A DNA stretch of 64,000 nucleotides from a virus (Duplodnaviria > Caudoviricetes): positions 18,980 to 82,979 of the IMG/VR virus record IMGVR_UViG_3300027838_000002; one strand, written 5' to 3'. A program made the position numbers and the translations under genes. Below, in pieces: positions 19,832 to 28,416 of the stretch (the stretch's first letter is position 1; every line of letters begins with the position of its first letter). The notes beneath the pieces are model-generated. The model had not been told where the DNA came from. It made no database searches and saw only the letters and a list, made by a program, of their open reading frames with translations.

Positions 19832-20598
19832 TAAACTGGTGCAACCGCATCAAACACTGCCGCAGAAAGCGTCAGAGAATAGTCCTTATCGTCATACTTG
19901 ATGGTCAACGGTGTGCAGTCGTCGCTACCGTTCTGCCCAACGAAATCCAAATCACGTATCGGAGGATGCTCTGCTACCACGTCCTCGCCGCCTGACAGCA
20001 GGTACGCGTCAACGTAATGATAGTTCTCAGCCGTCGATATCTCGACTACAAAATCAAGCGGCCCATTCTCGTGTGTAAACTCCGCATGCGCAAGACGTAA
20101 CAACGATGACCCAACCGGGGAATCTGGATCAGGTTCTGCCAATAACGCGAGAGCGTTATCCAGATCCGACTGGGTAACGGTCTGCTCGATCGGCTCCAAG
20201 ATCTCCTCGTAGCCAGGATCCTCCGGAGTTTCTACTGGCGCCAATAGAGCAGCAGGAGCCTCGTCGTGTGCATCAAGATCGGCGCCCTCCTCTGATTCGA
20301 ACACCTCGGTCAGATACTCGGTAAGAGACAGCTCCACGTTATCGTCGAGCATATCCGCGTAGTAGCTGAGCAGCGTTACCTTGGTCTCGTCAGCGATCTC
20401 GCGCTGTCCCCAGACATTCTTGGTACGCAGCGCTGCTGAATAAAGGGCGCTACCATTCTCGTCGAAGCTCGCTGATTTCACAAAAGAGTCAAACGGCATA
20501 TTCGGAAACAGCTTCTTGAACACGATGAACAGGCGCAACAGCTCCAGTTGTCTGACAAGTGACAGTTCGGTCGCGGTCAAAATATCAATGGCTGCCAT
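19831..20598 (-). CDS. Hypothetical acidic protein
   Basis: 255-aa ORF with GAGG RBS. Confidence 0.6.
   Translation of the reverse strand: MAAIDILTATELSLVRQLELLRLFIVFKKLFPNMPFDSFVKSASFDENGSALYSAALRTKNVWGQREIADETKVTLLSYYADMLDDNVELSLTEYLTEVFESEEGADLDAHDEAPAALLAPVETPEDPGYEEILEPIEQTVTQSDLDNALALLAEPDPDSPVGSSLLRLAHAEFTHENGPLDFVVEISTAENYHYVDAYLLSGGEDVVAEHPPIRDLDFVGQNGSDDCTPLTIKYDDKDYSLTLSAAVFDAVAPV
20232..20247. repeat. Palindrome copy 2, CTACTGGCGCCAATAG
   Basis: One mismatch to the 1771 copy; intragenic. Confidence 0.6.
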
Positions 20599-20653
20599 GA
20601 TCAGCTACCTCTCACACGGGCGTCAAAACAAAAGTTGTAACCAAGCTGCGCTA

Positions 20654-21592
20654 TCAATAAATACGCTGCTTGCGAAAACATCCATACATCAGTCGCATCT
20701 TCTTGCCCTCCAGGGCGTGCAAGATGCTAACGGTATCAGTAACGTCTCCCGTCAACAGAGCCACAGGATACGAGCAAGTTAACGACGCCACCCGTACCAA
20801 CTCTGGCCTGGACGGACGCACGATGCGCACGTATCGAGAGCACGCTCGCTTGAAAGCTAGTGGCAACTCCTTGTCGGCAGGTACTACAATCATCGCACGG
20901 TGCTGAATGCACCACTTATGTTTCATGGGAGTCACGGATGAAACAAGTAAAGCTCCAACAGGATCCAAAGCGCGCACGACATTGGCGCGGCTAGCAAACG
21001 AGTCATTTATCACTTTTGACAATGTTACTTCGTCTTTTCTGTGCTCCCGACGAATGTGCCCGAACACCACGTGATGCGTATAGGTCCTGTCAGCCACCGG
21101 GCTATACCTGCGCACAGACTCGTCATGGGCGCCATTGAACACCATAGCCCGCCCTCTGGGGACATATGGATCACCAGTACCACCGACCGGGGTAGGTGGT
21201 TGGTATCCTGCGGGAAGCGAAAAATCACCGGGAAACCGGTCTTCGATTCGTTTCCACATCTCGGATACCCAGCGCCCGTAGCAAAATGGGCAAATCACCA
21301 CCCGGTTACAGCTACGTGTAGCGGGATAAGCAGCCATGAAATACGGACGACAGTTTTTCATGTACTGCACACGAGAGCTGTTTGGTAACGCATGCCACCC
21401 CGCGTCCGCTAGCTCCGCCACACGAGAACGCCACTGACGGATAGCCTTCTTAACCAGACGAGGCACCACGACTTCCGCTAGGCTGGGACTTCGTGGGATA
21501 GTCTCGTAAATAGCACTCAGCACTGACTCACGTGCCACTACAGAGTGGTAGTTGTTCGGGACAAACTCACCCCGAAATGCTACATCAAACAT
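20654..21592 (-). CDS. Hypothetical Cys-cluster protein, possibly degenerate HUH/Rep-like
   Basis: C...SCNRVVICPFCY Zn cluster; start uncertain (track 21640). Confidence 0.45.
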   Translation of the reverse strand: MFDVAFRGEFVPNNYHSVVARESVLSAIYETIPRSPSLAEVVVPRLVKKAIRQWRSRVAELADAGWHALPNSSRVQYMKNCRPYFMAAYPATRSCNRVVICPFCYGRWVSEMWKRIEDRFPGDFSLPAGYQPPTPVGGTGDPYVPRGRAMVFNGAHDESVRRYSPVADRTYTHHVVFGHIRREHRKDEVTLSKVINDSFASRANVVRALDPVGALLVSSVTPMKHKWCIQHRAMIVVPADKELPLAFKRACSRYVRIVRPSRPELVRVASLTCSYPVALLTGDVTDTVSILHALEGKKMRLMYGCFRKQRIY

Positions 21593-21800
21593 CCCCCGCT
21601 TCCTCTTTTGTCTTGTGGCCGTTTCGGCAGCGGCGGGCAATATGCTTCAACACGACAGCCCACCGCGTACTGACCCTGGGCCACTCCTCATCATCGTACT
21701 GATAGCGTATCGAGGAAAGTACTTCTTCGATCGCTTTAGCCTCGCTTTGTCCGCTGGAACGCATGCGCTCCAAAACAACCTCAATCAACTCATCCATCAC
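21585..21800 (-). CDS. Hypothetical protein
   Basis: GGAGGAG RBS directly upstream. Confidence 0.6.
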   Translation of the reverse strand: MMDELIEVVLERMRSSGQSEAKAIEEVLSSIRYQYDDEEWPRVSTRWAVVLKHIARRCRNGHKTKEEAGDV

Positions 21801-21808
21801 TCTCCTCC

Positions 21809-21846
21809 AAAAAGAAGAGACGGCCGGGTGTTACCCCGGCCGTCTT
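21809..21846 (-). terminator. Terminator-like hairpin after solo guide unit 1
   Basis: AGACGGCCGGG-loop-CCCGGCCGTCT followed by a U-tract on the minus strand; duplicated at 22406. Confidence 0.7.
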
Positions 21847-21847
21847 T

Positions 21848-21884
21848 CACGCTTCAATCGTGGTACTCGCAGACCATGTGGTTA
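21848..21884 (-). ncRNA. Solo TIGR-like dual-spacer unit 1
   Basis: Minus strand TAACCA-CATGGTCT-GCGAGTACCA-CGATTGAA-GCGTG. Confidence 0.75.
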
Positions 21885-22181
21885 CTCTTCAATCTCCTCC
21901 TTGACCGACAAGTGAATCGTCGATCCGCCGGTCGCGTCAATGTGAAAGCCAGTCTCCTTCAGATTGGCTGAGAGTTGACACCCGACGTGGTACGCGACAT
22001 CGGCTTTCAGGTTGATGCCGTCGCGGGGGTCTCCCTTGCCGCTTGCTGCGGCGAAGATAGCGCCACAGGCTTCCTCGTCGCTCACGTCCTCGGGTACGTT
22101 GAACTCCAGCACCAGCCCGAAGTCGATCTTCAGTTTCCTAGTCTTCGTTGGAAATACGATGCGGCCATGCTGCTCACTCAT
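21882..22181 (-). CDS. Hypothetical protein
   Basis: MSEQHGRIVFP...; its stop TAA forms the start of the solo unit. Confidence 0.6.
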   Translation of the reverse strand: MSEQHGRIVFPTKTRKLKIDFGLVLEFNVPEDVSDEEACGAIFAAASGKGDPRDGINLKADVAYHVGCQLSANLKETGFHIDATGGSTIHLSVKEEIEE

Positions 22182-22392
22182 CTTCAATCTCCTCTTCGTC
22201 GCCAAACATCTTGTCAAAACAAGACCCGCACGTCCCACTGATGAGAACTTCGCGATCATCCGCCGACAGGTACGGCATGGCATCATGAATCAGTGCGCCA
22301 TTATGCCAGTTCGCAAGATCCTCAGCCACCACCGTGATACGCTGTGTTTCTTTGCACTGGACGCAATCAATCTCCATGAGCGTCTTCGGCAT
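22174..22392 (-). CDS. Small Zn-ribbon phage protein
   Basis: CVQC...REVLISGTCGSCFDKMF; GGAGGAG RBS. Confidence 0.7.
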   Translation of the reverse strand: MPKTLMEIDCVQCKETQRITVVAEDLANWHNGALIHDAMPYLSADDREVLISGTCGSCFDKMFGDEEEIEDE

Positions 22393-22405
22393 GTTGCTCT
22401 CCTCC

Positions 22406-22441
22406 AAAAAGAAAAGACGGCCGGGTGTTACCCCGGCCGTC
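22406..22441 (-). terminator. Terminator-like hairpin after solo guide unit 2
   Basis: Same hairpin as at 21809-21846. Confidence 0.7.
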
Positions 22442-22442
22442 T

Positions 22443-22479
22443 CACGCTCGCGGCATGGTACTCACGTATACCGTGGTTA
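22443..22479 (-). ncRNA. Solo TIGR-like dual-spacer unit 2
   Basis: Minus strand TAACCA-CGGTATAC-GTGAGTACCA-TGCCGCGA-GCGTG, directly after the Nop-domain gene. Confidence 0.75.
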
Positions 22480-23763
22480 CTCTTCAGAAGCTTCGTCCTC
22501 GGAGTCTTCGTCATCCACTTCCGGTGCCGGTGCCGGTGCCGGACGCGGAGCGTACAAGTCGCTAAGCGGCTTGCCACCCAGGTCGTCCGCAAGCGGGAAG
22601 TGCGGAATAGGGATGGTATGCGTGTGCGTACCATCGCCGTGCTCGATAATAAACGGCTTCGGAGGATCTTCCCCGTTGAGATCCACGTACATCACGTGAT
22701 GTAGATGCGACATGAAGATCTTCACCGCATAACGGCGAGCACGCGCATGAATATGCGCCGGGGCAAGCATTACAACGCCGCTACCAGGTGCGCCCTCGTT
22801 CGTGTTGAGGTACGGCAACCGCTTGGCCTGGTCCAGTGCCAGCACCTTAAGCATGGTGTCTGCGGTGTAACAGCCTTTCATCCACTTGGTAGCATAGGCG
22901 TCATCACTACGCTTCTGCTTCGTCAGGATGCTTACTGCCTGGTCCGAAAACGCACCAGCCATATTACGCTCGACCTCCAGGGCCTTCCGAGCCTGGAACA
23001 AATGGCCGTAATCGCAGTCTTCGTGATTTTGAAACTTCACGAAGCACTCGCCCATCTTGAACGCACAAAGCGACTTAAGCTCAGCGTTCCACGGACGCGC
23101 AGCCAGGTACTTCTCCATAGCAGCATACTTCTTGTACTTGGCAAAGCCATCAGACCAAACCTGCTGCAGCCGGACAGGATTAACGTTACACAGCGACGAC
23201 AACTCCGTAGCCAGCGGTAGCGAAAGGGTGCGCGCGGTCTTTTGCAGGTCGACCTGTTGCAACATGCTCTTCGCTTCCTCTTTGCCGTGCCAAGTGCGGG
23301 ACGGATCCAAGCCAGCGAAGCGCCACCACTTGCCCACGGTGGGAGTATTCCTGATATCCAGGTGCGCCAACAACCCAGCAGTAATCACCGGACCGATACC
23401 GTGATTTGACAAACACCATCGTCCAGCTGCGTACGAGGCAGCAAACTCACCCAGCGCACGCTTGATGTCCTCTTCTGCACGCTTAATATTCGCCAGTCCC
23501 CAACAGATGACCTCGTTAGGCTCAGCGTGCTTCTCAGTCTGCCGCTGCTGGCCCCGAAAACGGATACGCACGTTCTGCATCTGGTAGTACATGTCTACCA
23601 GGAACCGCGCCTCCTCGGATCCAAGTTCCGTAGCGGCTTTCCGCAAATCGCTGTCAAGCCTTTCAAGCAGCTCCCACTGAGACGCATCCACGGTTTGGGC
23701 TTCAGTATTCTCGCTAGCATTATCATCGTGTTCTGGCACATCAGGAAAATAAATTGAGCTCAT
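22477..23763 (-). CDS. IS110-related Nop-domain protein, TasA-like (no RuvC or HNH domain)
   Basis: Coiled coil LVDMYYQMQNVRIR; WCLSNHGIGPVITAGLLAHLD..TVGKWWRFAGLDP; PWNAELK; HIHARARRYAVKIFMSHL; no N-terminal DEDD RuvC domain; adjoins dual-repeat units. Confidence 0.8.
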   Translation of the reverse strand: MSSIYFPDVPEHDDNASENTEAQTVDASQWELLERLDSDLRKAATELGSEEARFLVDMYYQMQNVRIRFRGQQRQTEKHAEPNEVICWGLANIKRAEEDIKRALGEFAASYAAGRWCLSNHGIGPVITAGLLAHLDIRNTPTVGKWWRFAGLDPSRTWHGKEEAKSMLQQVDLQKTARTLSLPLATELSSLCNVNPVRLQQVWSDGFAKYKKYAAMEKYLAARPWNAELKSLCAFKMGECFVKFQNHEDCDYGHLFQARKALEVERNMAGAFSDQAVSILTKQKRSDDAYATKWMKGCYTADTMLKVLALDQAKRLPYLNTNEGAPGSGVVMLAPAHIHARARRYAVKIFMSHLHHVMYVDLNGEDPPKPFIIEHGDGTHTHTIPIPHFPLADDLGGKPLSDLYAPRPAPAPAPEVDDEDSEDEASEE

Positions 23764-24044
23764 TTTGTGTTCTCTGTTTCGTCATGTTCTTGTTTTGGTA
23801 GGTACTCATTATCGAGGCAACGCTTAAGCGCTACCTCTAATCGTCGGTTCTTACGCAACAACCACTTAACATCGAGAAACATAGTGCGCGAATCCAACTC
23901 AAAAACGGTTGGCGCTGCATACCTCTCGCGTAATTTACTGACGAGAACATCATCAGAAATGTCGTCGTCTGGATAGCTAGGATCAATCACAGCTCTGTCT
24001 CCAACATTGCCATGCGCACAATCGGCACACCGTAATCCAGCCAA
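23760..24044 (-). CDS. Hypothetical protein
   Basis: Fills the gap between the deaminase and Nop genes; start uncertain. Confidence 0.45.
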   Translation of the reverse strand: MAGLRCADCAHGNVGDRAVIDPSYPDDDISDDVLVSKLRERYAAPTVFELDSRTMFLDVKWLLRKNRRLEVALKRCLDNEYLPKQEHDETENTK

Positions 24045-24487
24045 AACGCATCGTCCGAGTTACCCCGGTGACCGCTACGGTTGTCCAGGTACACCAATCG
24101 CTTGATACCGCTTTGCATAATCAGTAGCGCGCAATCCTTGCACGGAATACCACTGATGTACATCGTGCCGCCCCGCCGGGCGTCCACCGACGAAAACATC
24201 AATGCATTCTGCTCACTGTGAATACAACAGTTCGGCTTATCGGTCGAATTGGGTGATAACCCCTCGCGGTAGCACACACCATCATTGCACGCGCCGCGGG
24301 GTTTCCCGTTGAAAGCCGTAGTAACAACCAGCCCTTCCTCCGATACGATTACCGTCCCATACTGTGCGCGCACACACTTGGACATCTCCGCTACTTCAAG
24401 AGCCAGGCGCATATAGCCCCTGTCCTTCTCGGTAGCAATGGGTGCGCGCATCCTATCCCATGCCGGTACGGTCATACCTTCGCTCAT
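23987..24487 (-). CDS. dCMP deaminase family protein
   Basis: SKCVRAQYG, FNG.P.G, CIHSEQNAL, PCKDC. Confidence 0.9.
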   Translation of the reverse strand: MSEGMTVPAWDRMRAPIATEKDRGYMRLALEVAEMSKCVRAQYGTVIVSEEGLVVTTAFNGKPRGACNDGVCYREGLSPNSTDKPNCCIHSEQNALMFSSVDARRGGTMYISGIPCKDCALLIMQSGIKRLVYLDNRSGHRGNSDDAFWLDYGVPIVRMAMLETEL

Positions 24488-24735
24488 GTCACTACTTTCT
24501 CGCCATCAATTGCGATATCAGCGGTTGTAATCAGGACCAACCTAGCGCCGCAGCTCATCAAGGGCGTGTGCGCAGAGTAAATCAACTTAGATGGTCCCAG
24601 GATCTCTGCCTCAGAACACTTGTGATTCTCTTTACCTACTTTCACCGTTATCGGTGGGTCCTCTGTACCTTCCTTGGTGTTCTTACGGATGACATGCATA
24701 TTAACGTGCACCCGCTTAATACGCTTTCTTGCCAT
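24484..24735 (-). CDS. Conserved-type phage hypothetical protein
   Basis: RVHVNMHVIRKN...PLMSCGARL pattern. Confidence 0.65.
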   Translation of the reverse strand: MARKRIKRVHVNMHVIRKNTKEGTEDPPITVKVGKENHKCSEAEILGPSKLIYSAHTPLMSCGARLVLITTADIAIDGEKVVT

Positions 24736-24736
24736 A

Positions 24737-25036
24737 TTAGTTCCACTCAGGCGTCCCTTCGTCGGTCTTAAGCGCTGTGACAAGTTCTGATGGAAACGCT
24801 ACAGGTTTCAAATCAGAATCCTGTACGGTCCAGCCCAGCGTCTGAAAGAGAATCTTGGTCTTTTCCCGAAACTCCGCAAAAGGCGACGGGATGCGCTCGA
24901 TGAGCGTCTTATTCTCGTGATCAATCTCGTATACACAGACTCCTTGCGGAGCTGCCCAAGTAGCACCCTGCTTGGTGGTACGAATTAACTGCTGCCCGAA
25001 TTGGATATCCTCTTCATCGGGTGTCCAGTCTGGCAT
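24737..25036 (-). CDS. Hypothetical protein
   Basis: GGAAG/GAGG RBS; colinear with neighbours. Confidence 0.55.
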   Translation of the reverse strand: MPDWTPDEEDIQFGQQLIRTTKQGATWAAPQGVCVYEIDHENKTLIERIPSPFAEFREKTKILFQTLGWTVQDSDLKPVAFPSELVTALKTDEGTPEWN

Positions 25037-25641
25037 TCTTCTTCCTCACGATACCTGTCAATAGCTCGGTAAATGGTCGCACGGCCTACACCGTAACGAC
25101 GCGCCATCTCGGCTACACAAACACGGCCAGGGCCTGGTTCAAAACGACCCTGATTATAGAACCTCCCTACGATGCCAAGCTGACTGTCCGTCAACTTCCC
25201 CTTACCCTTAGGAAACCTCTTCCGACCCCTCGCGTACTTACGCAAATGCGTAACAGCTTCTGACTTTGTGGCGTAGGCGAGATTGGACGGGTGAAAATTG
25301 TTCGGGTTGCCGTCCAACCGTATTACCTGAAACTTGTCTGCAGGCCGCGGCCCTAAAAAGGCCTCCGACACGATACAGTGGATGCGTCGCGAGTGGCCGC
25401 CATTGCGCGCCTCAACAGCGTGATACAACGTTACCGAGGGATCGCCGGAGCTGGGGAATGGCCAGTGCTTCAGGATACGCGGCTCACCTGCGATGGTACC
25501 GCCGCGCCATGTCACCCAGGAACGCACCCGCCCCTCTGAAGAGACGTCATATCTCCCGCCGTAACCAGGGACCTCTCGCCATTCCTCTACCCGCAGTCCG
25601 ACCTCGGAGCTGCCAACGGGTTGGTGGGTTCGGTCATCCAT
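24985..25641 (-). CDS. NUMOD4-HNH homing-endonuclease-like protein with C-terminal HTH
   Basis: EEWREVPGY..RYDVSSEGRVRS (NUMOD4); IHCIVSEAFLG..VIRLDGNPNNFHPSNL (HNH_3-like); MARRYGVGRATIYR. Confidence 0.82.
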   Translation of the reverse strand: MDDRTHQPVGSSEVGLRVEEWREVPGYGGRYDVSSEGRVRSWVTWRGGTIAGEPRILKHWPFPSSGDPSVTLYHAVEARNGGHSRRIHCIVSEAFLGPRPADKFQVIRLDGNPNNFHPSNLAYATKSEAVTHLRKYARGRKRFPKGKGKLTDSQLGIVGRFYNQGRFEPGPGRVCVAEMARRYGVGRATIYRAIDRYREEEECQTGHPMKRISNSGSS

Positions 25642-25710
25642 TCGACGATTTCCTGGTTACTTTCGCACCAGGCCTCGGCTGACGTGTCTACAGCGTCATC
25701 GCTTCTTTCG

Positions 25711-25977
25711 TCATCCATCACCCGTATCCTTAGTCCCGGCCTTCCTACGAATCACCCAGTCGATCGTGCTGTCGTCCGTATCCTTAGTCCCGGCCTTCCT
25801 ACGAATCACCTCGATCAGCATCAGTATCAATGCTGTAATCACAGCATCCAACCCAATCGCACGCCCCTCGGTTTCGTCGAAGTTGGTGGCGGTAATCCAC
25901 AACACAAACGAAATGGCGAGCAGTCCTGTCAACCAGTACAAGAACGGCCACAGCTGACTATTCCTCGGGGGAATCAT
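25711..25977 (-). CDS. Small membrane protein with a duplicated C-terminal segment
   Basis: Two hydrophobic helices; VIRRKAGTKDT twice (35-bp duplication at 25722 and 25776). Confidence 0.6.
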   Translation of the reverse strand: MIPPRNSQLWPFLYWLTGLLAISFVLWITATNFDETEGRAIGLDAVITALILMLIEVIRRKAGTKDTDDSTIDWVIRRKAGTKDTGDG

Positions 25978-26021
25978 TTTCCATTCTCCATTATCGCGTG
26001 GCTGTAATTCGCATGATAACA

Positions 26022-26391
26022 CACTCCCGCCTTTTGGTACTCTCCGTTCGCTTGGTTGCACGCTCCTGTGTTGGTACTCTCCGCCGCCCTGGTTACACGC
26101 TCGACAAGTGGAACTCGCTCAAGCCATGGTTGCACGCAATGAGGTTGGTACTCGCGGTGATGATGGTTGCACGCATACCTTCTGGTACTCGCAGTCATGC
26201 TGGTTGCACGCCAAAACTTTGGTACTCGCAGCTGGATTGGTTGCACGCGTGGTCTTTGGTACTCGCGAACGACTTGGTTGCACTCCCGTGCTATGGTACG
26301 CGCTCTTGAGTTGGTTGCACGCGGTTCAAATGGTACGCACGCCATCGCTGGTTGCACGCTCATAGTGTGGTACTCGCAGCCGTCACGGTTA
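26022..26391 (-). repeat. TIGR-like dual-repeat array 1 (10 units, 37-nt period)
   Basis: Plus strand alternates TGGTACTCGC and TGGTTGCACGC separated by variable 8-mers; the 10-mer starts at 26035+37n up to 26368. Confidence 0.92.
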
Positions 26392-26883
26392 GAAAACCCT
26401 GAAACCTCCGCAGTGCCGTAGAAACTCGATCCACTCCTTCAGGGATTCGTCATCAACGGAGTGCGGTGATCGCACCCCGTCAACGCCCTGCGCCCCGAAA
26501 CGCGCCTGCGCCGACGCGACCAGCGCTGCCTCGGCCAGGAAACCGGTCTCATCCGACGACTTGGGGCGGAGGTCAACAAATTTCCCCTCTCCATCAACGC
26601 GCATCCCGTGATCGACTTCGTGCCCATCGATGTTGTGCTCCATCCACTGGGAGAACCGCATGGCTATCTCGTCGCAGGTTTGCTGATCTTCGGGGCCAGC
26701 TCCGTCGTTGAAGCTCATCTGTAGCAGCATCTCTTCGTCGAGAAAGTCGCTGCACAGCTGCCGCATCAGGTCGTGAATAGGTCGCCAGGACCAGACGTTG
26801 GCCCTGAAATAACACCCAGGTTGATCTTGACCAGCAGCCGCCCACTCGTTGGCGAACCGTCTCCCGTACACATCCATGCCCAT
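26389..26883 (-). CDS. Conserved-type phage hypothetical protein
   Basis: MGMDVYG..YFRANVWSWRPI..EFLRHCGGFRVF; GGAGG RBS. Confidence 0.7.
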   Translation of the reverse strand: MGMDVYGRRFANEWAAAGQDQPGCYFRANVWSWRPIHDLMRQLCSDFLDEEMLLQMSFNDGAGPEDQQTCDEIAMRFSQWMEHNIDGHEVDHGMRVDGEGKFVDLRPKSSDETGFLAEAALVASAQARFGAQGVDGVRSPHSVDDESLKEWIEFLRHCGGFRVF

Positions 26884-26999
26884 TGATATGTTCCTCCGTC
26901 TCGTTTGTTGTTGAATAGCCTGCCACCCACCAACTGGTGGGTTGAGCGCATAAAAATTCCACCCTAACGGAAACTCGCGTGCCAAAAAACGGGTGGTCA

Positions 27000-27500
27000 T
27001 TTGCATGGACTGCCTGGACGCGCTCTCCAAGTGGTTCTGATCTCTGGACTTAAGACATGGCCATGCCTGGACATACCCTGGACGTCCCATGCACCTCCGG
27101 TATAGGGGTTTCTTTGAGCTATAGTGACTGGGAGAGACGAGCCAGAGACGAGCCAGAGACGAGCTCGGGGGAGGTGCGCGGGAGGTGCACGGGAGTTAAC
27201 GACCATAGGGGTTTCTTTGATCTATAGTGACTGGGACGGACGCTGTCCGGCCCATCCTGTCCGACTGTCCGACAACCCGACACATGCGGTGACACAGTTG
27301 TCACTCAACTTGAAAAATGTGCGCGGCATACAAACAGATCGGCCAGATTGACATTGACGGCAGCACAAATCTAGGAGTCGTAGCACATGACGTGGAATTT
27401 TGCTATAAGGTAAGCCTTACCTTATTAACCGTAGGTTGGTGACCGTCCCGGCCTAAAAGGGCCGGTCCGGTAGGAAAATATAATAGGTATCCTACTTGAG
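27000..27500. repeat. Non-coding repeat-rich region (candidate origin or regulatory hub)
   Basis: 32-bp direct repeat at 27102 and 27205; short tandem repeats GAGACGAGCCA, GGGAGGTGC, CTGTCCG, CCTGGAC; inverted repeat ATAAGGTAA/TTACCTTAT. Confidence 0.6.
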
Positions 27501-27568
27501 GACAACGACTTATGGAAAGAGCAAGCAGACAACGAAAGTAATTCACGTGTATTCTTCCTCAAAAGTCA

Positions 27569-27958
27569 TTACCGAGTCTGTTTTTCCTCTTCCGACCCGC
27601 TACTGGCGCCAATAGGCTCCATGAACTCCTCTTCTCGTGCGTAACCTCTCAACATCCACTCCGTTGGACGAATCTCTCCGAGCCAGTCCTGCACCGATGG
27701 GATCCGTCCCAGGTCTTCCATGACATGCTGTTCGCCAACAGAACGCACAGGAACCTTCCTGAGGTCCGAATTGACGATCGTGGTACCAAAGCGCTGCTCG
27801 CACTCGAAGATGCCCTGAGAGTGGTGCCTGAGGGCCCTGTGGCGTAGATCTGCCATGTGGGCCTTCGACTCGTCGAACCAGGTATGGATCTCGACGTAAT
27901 CGTCAGCTACGCCGCCAAATTTACGTGCGGAAGACACCGCGTGATAATACGGCTTCAC
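27569..27958 (-). CDS. DUF6915-like protein
   Basis: HAVSSARKFGG..DY..IH.WFDESK..D.RHRALRHHS.GIF. Confidence 0.75.
   Translation of the reverse strand: MKPYYHAVSSARKFGGVADDYVEIHTWFDESKAHMADLRHRALRHHSQGIFECEQRFGTTIVNSDLRKVPVRSVGEQHVMEDLGRIPSVQDWLGEIRPTEWMLRGYAREEEFMEPIGASSGSEEEKQTR
27600..27615. repeat. Palindrome copy 3, CTACTGGCGCCAATAG
   Basis: One mismatch to the 1771 copy; intragenic. Confidence 0.6.
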
Positions 27959-28413
27959 AGGGTTGACTCATGCTCAGACCATTCGGTGTGCTGGTAGTGC
28001 GCGCCATGAGAATGCGTAACCGTGCCATCGTGCAGGTCCACGAACATTTCACCCGTCGACCCCTCGTTAATCTCCCAGCCAGGGTGTCGATTAGCCAATA
28101 GTCGGTAGGCGTAATCTTCGATCACCTCCTCAACTGTTGGTTTTTCGTTCTGCCACTGATGCGGGCTCTCTGCTGCACTCACACCGGATAACTGGTGCGC
28201 AAGGAGCATCGCGTTCTCCGGGTGCTCTTGACCTGGCGCATCGATTTTTCTCGGTTGCTCGATGAACCTGATAAAGCCGAATGAACCGGAGTCGCCGTAT
28301 CCGTTGTAATCCATGGCGATGCGAGTGACGCCTTTTGTCTTCAGAAAGTCTACTGCCGTTTTAAGGGCCACGGCAAACGGGTCACTAGCTTCCTGTTGTT
28401 GGTCTTCTGGCAT
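27955..28413 (-). CDS. DUF6878-like protein
   Basis: YNGYGDSG...GWEINEGSTG; typically paired with DUF6915. Confidence 0.7.
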   Translation of the reverse strand: MPEDQQQEASDPFAVALKTAVDFLKTKGVTRIAMDYNGYGDSGSFGFIRFIEQPRKIDAPGQEHPENAMLLAHQLSGVSAAESPHQWQNEKPTVEEVIEDYAYRLLANRHPGWEINEGSTGEMFVDLHDGTVTHSHGAHYQHTEWSEHESTL

Positions 28414-28416
28414 CTG

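Noticed and set aside
22477-23763. Active IS110 transposon
   Set aside because: No DEDD RuvC domain, no catalytic SG motif and no element ends; the gene is embedded in a phage operon
26022-26391. CRISPR array interpretation of the 37-nt repeats
   Set aside because: Two alternating 10-11 nt repeats with 8-nt spacers do not fit CRISPR geometry, and no cas1/cas2 or effector operon is present
25974-26421. Track ORFs over the arrays (also 36530-37086 and 37429-38064)
   Set aside because: The 37-nt period is not a multiple of 3; the peptides (WYS.., WLHA, GCT) are translations of the repeats in shifting frames
27110-27240. T7/SP6-like promoter (TCACTATAG on the minus strand)
   Set aside because: Upstream specificity region does not match and no single-subunit RNA polymerase is in the window
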